Assembly (NCBI GenBank): GCA_032718475.1 | Contig: JAUCBJ010008093.1 | Location: 1 to 64,000 of the forward strand | Reading direction: 5' to 3' | Source of the DNA: Nemertoderma westbladi | Lineage: Eukaryota; Animalia; Xenacoelomorpha | Length of the DNA: 64,000 bases | Shown: piece by piece, positions 10,047-18,887 of the stretch | How the letters are laid out: the number at the start of each line of letters is the position of its first letter | Position numbering within the stretch: position 1 is the stretch's first letter | Notes under the pieces: model-generated | The model's input: only the letters and a program-made list of their open reading frames with translations | Databases searched by the model: none | Told to the model about the DNA's origin: nothing | Made by a program: the position numbers and the translations under genes

Positions 10047-11130
10047 TAGAAACACTATTATCAGGAATCCACGCAGGAATAGGAGCACCAGGCGCCGTTC
10101 AACCGATATGGGGCCAAAACTTTAACCTGTTTGGAGTGGAGAGTATGGCTAGGAGTACAGCCAAGCTTGCTAAATCCAAGGCGGATCCAAACGTCACGCG
10201 ACAGCGATTGGACGCTTATAACAAACAGCGGAGGAGTTACGCGCGGAGTTCAAAGCGTTGTACCCCTACGATGCGTTATGCGACGCCAGCGACGTTTGCA
10301 AGAACCCCGAGCTGATATTAGCGCGTTGCCCAAACCACCAAAGTCTGCGTTACCAAGAAGGCGGTCGTTTCATCTCCCGTCGTCCCCTTTCCTAGCGTTT
10401 TGGAACCACCGACAACTCGACGCCGAAGTCCGAGCCCAGTTCGACCTCGACCACCACCCAATCGTATTAGAGGACGTGGACGAGCCCGGTCGGCCAAGGA
10501 ATAGGAAAGCGAGAAGAAAGGATATTATATTCAGATATTATATTTGGATGTTATATTGGATAATATTGGATATTTTATATTTGGATATTATTATATTTGG
10601 GTATTTATATCGGACGTTGGGTTTGGAAGGACGAGATATGGAAAGGAAGGCTTGCGAGCCTACCGTTAGCAATTGGTGCTCAGGAGAAGACATCCAGACC
10701 AGTAGGACGAACCTTTCAGATCGTCAGGAGAACACTTTAAGACTTATTTGAAGTTATTAGCGCATATGTTTATATTATATTTGGACAGATTTAATTTGGT
10801 GAAGGTTTATTATGTATATTTACAATATATAAAGATTTATCGAAAGAGTTTGATTTATTTGCTCGATTTGTTTGGTTTATTTGTTCTGATTTGTTTAATT
10901 TGCTTACCTTGATAACCGAAAGCCTTTTTTTGTATTTTAGGCACTAAAGTTAATTCGTAAATTTGTATTTGTATGAACGATCGATTGTATTTACGCCGTA
11001 TCTGCAATATTAAGTATGCAATAGTTAGATAGTGATTATATTTTATATTTTAGGCCCTACCAGTAAATTTAGAAATAGTTTGTAGATATTTTATATTTTG
11101 ATTGGTGAAAACAGTCTTACTTACTGTTTT

Positions 11131-11140
11131 CATGGAGCGG
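11131..11140 (+). promoter_or_regulatory. Polypurine tract-like motif (CATGGAGCGG) preceded by a 10-bp stem-loop
   Basis: Same GGAGCGG-TG junction as precedes LTR C (43783-43790, -). Stem TGAAAACAGT/ACTGTTTTCA at 11106-11132. Confidence 0.65.
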
Positions 11141-11282
11141 TGATGAATTATTTCACTATAAGGTAGCATTTGTAGTTTAACTTTAACGTAAAAACTTTTG
11201 AAAATCCGACGTATTTTGATTAAGTTACAGTAATGTAATATGCCTATTCATATTTGTACACATAAAACCCTTAGGTACTCTC

Positions 11283-11350
11283 GTGGCGTAGTGGTCAGAT
11301 GGTTAAGGCGTTGGTTACATTACGTAGGTTACGAGTTCGAATCCCAGTCG
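11283..11350 (+). other. tRNA-derived fragment (Pol III A and B boxes) inside the LTR U3
   Basis: TGGTCAGATGGTTAAGGCG (A-box/D-arm-like) and GAGTTCGAATCCC (B box). No complete acceptor stem or clear anticodon arm. Confidence 0.55.
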
Positions 11351-11398
11351 GGAAATTTGTATTTTGGGGCCATTTATTTTCGTGTGGTGCTAATTGGT

Positions 11399-11646
11399 AG
11401 GCCAATGAGAAGCGTACAGCGTAGCGAATAATGAGCCAGGCCAATCATAGGGCATAAATTATCTTATTGCTCAAATGTGAGGCAGTGGAAAATTCTGTTA
11501 GGATTCCATGTCCCAGATTAGTGTAAGGGCCGGACTGCGTTGAACGATGAGCTGGGCCAATCATAGAGCACGAAGCACTTCATTGCTCAATGGTGAAGCT
11601 GTGGAAAATTCTGTTTAGTTTCCATGTGCAATTTCTAGTATAAAAA
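11399..11646 (+). promoter_or_regulatory. LTR promoter: three GGCCAAT boxes, a ~120-bp tandem duplication and TATAAAAA
   Basis: GGCCAAT at ~11399, ~11439 and ~11555; duplicated ATGAGC..GTGGAAAATTCTGTT..TTCCATGT units; TATAAAAA at ~11639. Confidence 0.6.
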
Positions 11647-13403
11647 GGCCGGTTTGCCTTCGGTTACCACCTTATACTTCGTTACCCCTTTTCTCCACCT
11701 TATAGTTTATTCTTGTAAATTTAGTTAATTTCGGTTTCTTGTTGAAACTTATTTTGATAAATCCTTTTGTAAAACTGTAAATATACTGCAATTTCCTGAC
11801 ATGTTTTCTTTTGGTCCGACTTCGGGACAGCCGAACACCAGGGAGATGGCAGCCTAGACCGTTAGGCCGTAAGCAACGCAGGGAAGGGATGTCCACAACA
11901 CGCTAGCGCCCACATTGGATCGACCGCACCCCCTTTGCCCTTCGAAATACTCCACTTGCTATGCAGCGCCCGCTTTGTGAGAAGGTAAGACTTTGTTCGA
12001 CGCCCTTGCCCGCCGTAAGACCTATAGATCAGGGTAAGCGTGACACCGCACTGGACGCCGCAAATTTAGGATCAAATAATTATATCCAGACAACCCCCCC
12101 TTTCTTGTCAGTCCTACGAACCCCTGGGTTAACCTGTACTTCCTACAGGTGCGAACTATTGCCATTCGTCAGTACGCGAGTACATATTAGGTACGGACAG
12201 CATATGTTCCATAATTTAGTGATTCGTAGCACTGACTGTTTGGTACCGGTTCGCTTTGTAGAACGTACATTAGTACCCCCCCCCCCTGTCTGGAGTTAGC
12301 TATTTGATCAGGCAAGGAGCATTTCTGCTACCGGCACACTGCTTGGCCTAGGGAGGTTTATTAATATCCTACCGCGCCTTGCCACGTACTGATAGGTATT
12401 GCTGCTAACTACCGCAGCAACAAAGTTCTAGAATTAAATTAGTATACCAGATCAGCTAACGTACGGTAGCGATTAACCCCTATTCTTATCTTACAACCAG
12501 AATCTGGTATTAGTGCCGATCACGGGTGTAGTTACTAACACTGTGGTTGCCCATTGGGTTGTGGATAGGAAGGAGAGAGCTTTGACGTCATTCGTGAGTA
12601 TAAAGTTCTACAAACGCGACTAGTTTATTTTAGTAGCTAGCGCACGGTATCATTTTAGTCAGAAAATCACTAAAACCTAGTAAAAGGAATTACACGAAAT
12701 TGTTTTATTTTTAACACACCCACACACACGCCCTAAAACATACCGCCCTTAAAGTTCTACTAGCTATAGCGTACTATACATTACTTTAGGTGGAAATTAT
12801 TTGTATTTGTAAAATTAGGATCTGATTTGATTGCGGCAAGATAAGGAGTATTTCACTTTCGTTATTAAACTGTTGTTTGTCTGGACAACGGTATTGTTAC
12901 ATTTAGGCCTGACCCTTTAGACTGATTTCGTACAGGGGGATCAGTTATCGTTACATTTAGGTACGACCCCTTTTCGACTGATTTAGGACTGTCAGTGTTG
13001 TTACGCTAGGTCTGTTAACCCACTAGCTCGTATATAAACCATATAAATCACACCGCGGCAAGTTACTGTATTTAGGACTGTCAGTGATAGTTAGGATTCG
13101 CTGCGCGGGGATTGTTTTCCCGTGAGTTTGGTCTGTTACGGTAACTGTACATCTGCCTCACCGGTTAGAGGACAGGTATCCTTCTGTCTAGTACGTAGGC
13201 ATTAGACCCGCTCACGTACATAGAATAGATACAAGGCTCTGTTCCTCGCCAGTAGTCGTTTGTGTACTATATCTGTTTGTTTAGATATCCTGGACTGGGA
13301 TTTGTTGTCAGATACTGTACAAGCCCGTATACATTACTAGAGTCTCATAGTAAGATACATCGTTACTAGGATCTGGTAAGCGGTATACTACTGGACCCTT
13401 ACA

Positions 13404-13860
13404 ATAACTATCAGGCGAAATTTTGTGAAAATAATTCTGCACTGCTAGGTGGCGCTGCAAATTTATGCCAAATTTTTAGGTTTGTTATAAATAGTATTAA
13501 ATTTTATTTACAGATAATTTCGAAAAGTTGTCTGATACTTTTATGCAGGGTGGCTATGTAGACAACCACAGAAAGTTTCAGACTAATTCCTCAAAAGATG
13601 TAGAAGTAGTTGGGTTTTGAAGTTAACAATTTCATAAAAAAAATATTTTGAGATAATCGACCTTTCATTATACATAGTAATAGTAATTTCAATTGGAATC
13701 CCTAAATGGAAATTGTTATAACTTAAAAACTAAAAGAGCTATTAAATAGCGGTTTTCAGATTTAGAAACACCATTCAATGGTGCATTATAATAGATCATT
13801 AAAAAAAATTGACATATTTTTGACCAAAATGGTGTACCCCCCCCCCCCCCCCCCCCCCCC
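13404..13860. mobile_element. Truncated Kolobok-like non-autonomous DNA transposon (right end)
   Basis: Ends GTAC(C)n followed by TTAA (13861-13864), like the complete TTAA-flanked element at 54851-55725. The left part is missing at the LTR junction. Confidence 0.55.
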
Positions 13861-14520
13861 TTAAGATTCAGTGGGCACTGCTCGAGAAGTAAACAGGAGG
13901 TCATACTAGGTTACTTTGTGTTATAGTTAAATAGAACCATTTTATGGTAATCAGCCAATGTCCGGAAATCCAAATAATAGCCTCCAAGTAAACCAAAGTG
14001 ATACATATTTTATTTCACTAACCAAACACTATTCAGCATCTACTATACCCATCTATTCACTCATTCTTTATTAATGAACGTGGCCTTTCCATCGAACTGA
14101 TTCTCTATAATAATTAACCCCTTTTGTGCTTTTAATGGATCCATGAGTTATTTATAACAACCAGTTAGTAAATCCATTATCGTCTATTATTCGTGTGTCT
14201 TTCCAGATCTATTTAGGATTCAGAATGTGTTGCATGGAAATGGAAGCTCTATTCCTAGAATACATCAAAATTGATTAAATACGTTTGTGCTGATACAAAC
14301 ATTTCAATGTGTAACAGATACCCAGATACATACTCAAATATTTTCGATTTATTTAATGACTTCACCGACCGTCGCCCATCTTTGACAACGGTATAATACA
14401 CAATAACCCTTAATACAACACGAAGTGGGGCCTTCGCGCAGCACGTGAAATGAGTTAATGCTAAGTATCAACTCGAAAGGATTATAAAAACATAGGAGAA
14501 GATTTTCCCGGAAAACGTTA

Positions 14521-15715
14521 ACCCTCTAGCGGGAGACTGGGTAACTGAAGAAGGAAGGATTAGTTTCCCTACAAAGCCACAGCCTATGGTCTATTACATA
14601 TCTACCAAGTTTCCGATTGACGGATCATAAATAACGAAATGTTGGAAGGTTTTCACTTTCATACATTTAGCCCTCTAGCGGCATATTAAAGAACTACGGA
14701 TCGATCACCTTCCTCACAAAGACGAGGCATGTGGTCTAGTACATACCGGTACTGTATATTCCAAAATTCAGCTTAAATAGATTAAGATCAAGGAATTCGC
14801 GAAGGTTATCACTTTCCTACATTTCGCCCTCTAGCGGCAGACTCGAAAACTCCGGACCGATTACTGTCCACACAAAGACTTAGGATGTCTTCTAGTACAT
14901 ATATGACAAGTTTCAGCGTAATCAGATCATAAACAACTAAATGGAAGAATAATTTCACATTCGGGACATTTCGCCCTCTAGCGGCAGACTGGAGAACTGC
15001 AGACAGATTAGCCTCCTTTGACATTTACAGCTAATGGTCTAGTACATACTTCCCAAGTTTCAGCTTAAACGGATTAAAAGCAAAGAAATGGGTGGCCATT
15101 TAATGTTTAGACATGTGGCCCTCTAGCGGGAGACTGGAAAACTTCGGACCGATTACAATCCACACAAAGACTCAGGATGTCATCTAGTACATATATGACA
15201 AGTTTCAGCGTAATCAGATCATAAACAACTAAATGGAAGAATAATTTCACATTCGGGACATTTCGCCCTCTAGCGGCAGACTGGAGAACTGCAGACAGAT
15301 TAGCCTCCTTTGAAATTTACAGCTAATGGTCTAGTACATACTTCCCAAGTTTCAGCTTAAACGGATTAAAAGCAAAGAAATGGGTGGCCATTTAATGTTT
15401 AGACATGTGGCCCTCTAGCGGGAGACTGGAAAACTTCGGACCGATTACAATCCACACAAAGACTCAGGATGTCATCTAGTACATATATGACAAGTTTCAG
15501 CGTAATCAGATCATAAACAACTAAATGGAAGAATAATTTCACATTCGGGACATTTCGCCCTCTAGCGGCAGACTGGAGAACTGCAGACAGATTAGCCTCC
15601 TTTGAAATTTACAGCTAATGGTCTAGTACATACTTCCCAAGTTTCAGCTTAAACGGATTAAAAGCAAAGAAATGGGTGGCCATTTAATGTTTAGACATGT
15701 GGCCCTCTAGCGGGA
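14521..15715. repeat. Tandem array of ~146-bp units (292-bp dimer), each with GCCCTCTAGCGG
   Basis: Motif at ~14521, 14670, 14826, 14973, 15118, 15265, 15410, 15557 and 15702, with alternating 147/145 spacing in the homogeneous part. Confidence 0.9.
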
Positions 15716-15839
15716 GACCATTGCACTGATGGTGTCTGAAAGTCTCTCAAAAATCTCAACTTTTGGTCATATTGATACCTACAAATTTTCAACTTGGCAG
15801 CTTTAAATCCGACAAAGTTATTAGCATGTCAAAATCGTA

Positions 15840-15859
15840 ACGACGACGACAACGACGAC

Positions 15860-15891
<32 letters not shown>

Positions 15892-15893
15892 CA
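15840..15893 (+). repeat. (CGA)n microsatellite
   Basis: Directly visible; typical internal microsatellite of HINE-like elements. Confidence 0.95.
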
Positions 15894-17028
15894 ACTATTT
15901 GCATAAATTGACCCACCCCCTAACAGTGTCAATTCGCTAAGGCTCCGCCAACTTCGTGGCTCGCCCCACAACCATTTTTAGGGGGTCGGAGCCCCCCCCC
16001 CCCCCTAATTTTTTTCAAATTTCAATAAAATGCTACGAAATTTGGTATGATGATAGAAAGACACACTTTCTTACTGGTGGCCTGGCCGGATTTTTAAATT
16101 TCTCAGTTATTTCAATACAACAATCCCTTAAAAAATGTCTATTTAGCAATGTTTAACCACCTCCATAGACTTTATTTTATGACTTTTAAATGTAATCTAG
16201 ATATCTTTCGAAGCGCCTTCGTCTGTAGATTCCGAATCTGAAAACCGTAATATGTTAACTCTCAACCAAAAATTGGTAAAGATATTATCAAAATACTAAT
16301 GTGTAAATTCAGAGACGTAAATCGCTATAATTCTGATGTTTTGATGTCTTTATTCTAGAATATTAATTATTATTTAGCTGAGCGTTTAAAACTCTCCATC
16401 TTGTTTTTTCATTACCCATAATTAATATTCTAGAATTGAGTAAAGAAACATTAGAATTAAAGCGATTTACGTCACAAAAATTTACACCTTAGTATTTTGA
16501 TAATATCTCCGGAAGTTCTTGGTGAAATTTACAACGGGTTTCTGATTCAGAATCTGCAGATGAAGGCGGTTCTAATGATATCTAGATCTCATTCCAAAGA
16601 CGAAAAATAAAGCCGACGGAGGTGGCTAAACATTGCGAAATAGACGATATTTAATTTTTAATTTAATTTTAATTTAATTTATTATCGAAATAGCTCATAA
16701 AATAAAAAGTCCGGCCAGGCCACCAGTAAGAAAAGGTGTCGATCTATCATCATACCAAATTTCGTAGCATTTTATTGAAATTTGAAAAAAATTAGGGGGG
16801 GGGGGGGGGGGGCTCCGACCCCCTAAAAATGGTTGTTGTATTAAGGGTTTTATGGTGTATGTTAAAATGCAAAGTAGTGTGACAACAATTACACTGAATC
16901 CAGCAGAATCAATCTACAAACAACGAAACTCGATTTAATGATGGTGATTCAAGTAGCATAATGGATAAAGGTAGTGAGTGACACCTCACAGTGAGCGTGA
17001 ACAGTCACTTAGAGATTATCTGTGATAG

Positions 17029-17422
17029 GGAAATAGGATAATTGCCACCCTGGACAATTTCCCCACAGAATAATACTTTTAAACCTTGTAATCGTTTGAA
17101 AGGTACTACTGGCTTAGCTATATAAAAGATGTATTTATTGTTGCAACAAGTTACAACTTAGGAACTTGACTAAGTTGCTTTTTAGGGGACTAACTCTCCA
17201 TCCACGGAACAAAAAGGACCCTGGTTGTTAGTTGCTAGTCAGTTGGTCGACCTCATTTATTTTAAAATTATCCTCGGGGTCATTTGTTTGTTGGGTGTAT
17301 ATCATTGGGTTCAATTACCCTCGGAGGCATATGACCGCGAACAATTATTGTCTGCGAGAAATTGTCCTCGGGGGGCAATTGACCTTGTGGGGCAATTGAC
17401 CGGGGGAAATTGTCCTGTCACG
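17029..17422. mobile_element. Degenerate MITE with GGACAATTG-type subterminal repeats
   Basis: GGATAATTGCC/GGACAATTTCC at the left and CAATTGACC/AATTGTCCT repeats at the right; similar architecture to 35753-35993. No clear TSD. Confidence 0.4.
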
Positions 17423-17499
17423 CTGCATGATAGATGCATTACTGATCTGCAGTATCATGTTGCCCTTTCCGTTAGCGACAATTCAAGCTTCTCCTAATG

Positions 17500-18309
17500 A
17501 GAGTGCTAGCACCGTAATACCTGCCCGTTTTCTTAAGGATGGTGCTGAAGTACTTAAAGTGCCTATTAGTTTTATTATTAATTACTCTATCGTAGATAAT
17601 ACAAACCTAGGCACCACCTAACTCCAGATGACTTTTCTGAATCTGGACTACTTAACTTAGATAGTAGTGTTAAGCAGCTATGCCTTAACCATGTGCATAA
17701 AGTGTATAATGATAAATGTCCCAATTACCTAAAACAAAAATTCAACAGAGTACGCGATACACACTCTTACAGTACCAGAGCTAGTGCTTCAAACTTCTAC
17801 CTCCCGAATTGTAAATCCTTTGAATCTGATACTTTCTTTTTTAACGGCATTAAAAATTGGAACGCTCTGCCTAATGAAATTAAAAACCTAGATAATCAAC
17901 ATTATTTTAAATGCAGTTAAATCTCACCTCCGTGTACAATGTAAAAATAGGTACAATAGTCCTACAGTAAGTTATTAGTTTATTAATTATTTACTATTTA
18001 TACTGTAATTACGGTTTATATTAAATTGTTCTGTACATTACATCTTTATCGTTGAGTCGGGCATTGTCACGCTCTCGGTAAAGTTGTACATGTACATAGT
18101 GTAATTACGTTTTATATTGGTTTTAGGTTAGCGTGGTGTAATATTGTATTTGTAACCAAGTAACATAAAGGACCCCCTTGGAAATAAGCTGCAAAGCTTT
18201 AGGGGTAATCCTATATGTTATGTTGGACAATACCTTTATACCGGTACATTGTTTGGTGTATTTGTTATTGTTTTTACATAATGTATAAATAAATCTATCT
18301 ATCTATCTA
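17500..18309 (+). mobile_element. Internally deleted CR1-group (L2/Crack-like) LINE fragment
   Basis: IPARFLKDGAEVLKVPISFIINYS (pre-RT) joined to C-terminal CPNYL...HSYSTR...FFFNGIKNWNALPNEIK. The 3' UTR ends AATAAA(TCTA)n. Confidence 0.75.
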
Positions 18310-18420
18310 GCAAAGGAATTCTTATGTTGAAATTGTTTTTACATTGTTACAGTGTTTACAGTAAATATATTTCCTGTTTGAGGTAGTTCCCCAGTCATAC
18401 TGTCTCAGACAGTTTCAAAG

Positions 18421-18582
18421 TTATTGATGCTTCTTCCTACAGGATATGATTTTCTCCAATGCTCTTCTTGATCTCTTATTTGTCAGGAAATATACCAAAG
18501 GATCCAACGTGAGGTTCATGTACCAGAAGCAATATGTGACCACTTTAAATGATTTGTTGATATATTCATCGTCGTGAAATAT
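18421..18582 (-). CDS. GPCR exon 2 (TM7 and helix 8)
   Basis: Acceptor TTTTATTTTCAG at 18583. Translates IFHDDEYINKSFKVVTYCFWYMNLTLDPLVYFLTNKRSRRALEKIISCRKKHQ*, containing DPxxY. Confidence 0.85.
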   Translation of the reverse strand: MFHDDEYINKSFKVVTYCFWYMNLTLDPLVYFLTNKRSRRALEKIISCRKKHQ

Positions 18583-18690
18583 CTGAAAATAAAATCAGTT
18601 TACAAAAGTTCACAATTATGGATATGGAAAATTAAGCAGGTATTAATCGGAAAATTAATAAATTGGACTGACAAAAGAAGATGACATAAA

Positions 18691-18875
18691 ATGACATATA
18701 CCTGTAGTATTTGTATATATATGACATATACCTGTAGTATTTGTATATATATGACATATACCTGTAGTATTTGTATATATATGACATATACCTGTAGTAT
18801 TTGTATATATATGACATATACCTGTAGTATTTGTATATATATGACATATATCTGTAGTATTTGTATATATATATA
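18691..18875. repeat. 30-bp minisatellite (x6) inside the GPCR intron
   Basis: ATGACATATACCTGTAGTATTTGTATATAT repeated six times within the predicted intron 18583-18887. Confidence 0.92.
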
Positions 18876-18887
18876 TGAAAGGTTTAC

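Larger units (their letters stand above)
1355..10664 (+). repeat. Dispersed 20-nt palindromic hairpin motif GGAAGGCTYGCGAGCCTACC, 8 copies
   Basis: Copies start at 1355, 2371, 4923, 5001, 5079, 7776 (variant GGAAGGCCCGTGGGCCTACC), 9714 and 10645, all in the same orientation. Confidence 0.93.
692..13403 (+). mobile_element. BEL/Pao LTR retrotransposon, element 1 (internal region plus putative 3' LTR)
   Basis: Gag-PR-RT-RH-IN polyprotein, a 1.8-kb 3' region, a PPT-like GGAGCGG at 11134-11140, then an LTR-like promoter region. The right end is uncertain (12652 or 13403). Confidence 0.8.
11141..13403 (+). mobile_element. Putative 3' LTR of element 1 (unrelated to LTR copies A/B/C)
   Basis: Begins TG directly after the PPT and contains CCAAT boxes, a TATA box and splice-like signals. 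It ends either at ...GGTATCA (12652, giving TGAT..ATCA termini) or at ...CCTTACA (13403), where a truncated DNA transposon resumes. Confidence 0.55.
14418..15967. mobile_element. Helentron-associated (HINE/DINE-like) non-autonomous element
   Basis: Sub-terminal IRs GTGGGGCCTTCGC / GCTAAGGCTCCGC, terminal hairpin GCCAACTTCGTGGC, a (CGA)n microsatellite and an internal tandem array. Inserted at AA/TT with no TSD. Confidence 0.7.
14399..16857. mobile_element. Foldback MITE with long TIRs and a TA flank; left TIR split by a Helentron-like insertion
   Basis: 15968-~16400 is an inverted copy of ~16400-16836. AACCCTTAATACAACA (14405) matches the reverse complement of 16834-16850. TA occurs at 14397-98 and 16858-59. 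Confidence 0.75.

Noticed and set aside
11275-11355. Functional tRNA gene
   Set aside because: No convincing acceptor stem or anticodon arm; only A/B boxes.
11522-13403. Solo LTR with TGTAAGGG...CCCTTACA termini
   Set aside because: No TSD (ATTAG vs ATAAC), and the left 'terminus' is the degenerate TATA position of an internal tandem duplication.
18600-18887. Repetitive hydrophobic C-terminus of the 1265-aa ORF as the real TM7
   Set aside because: It lacks N/DPxxY; a canonical exon downstream supplies it.
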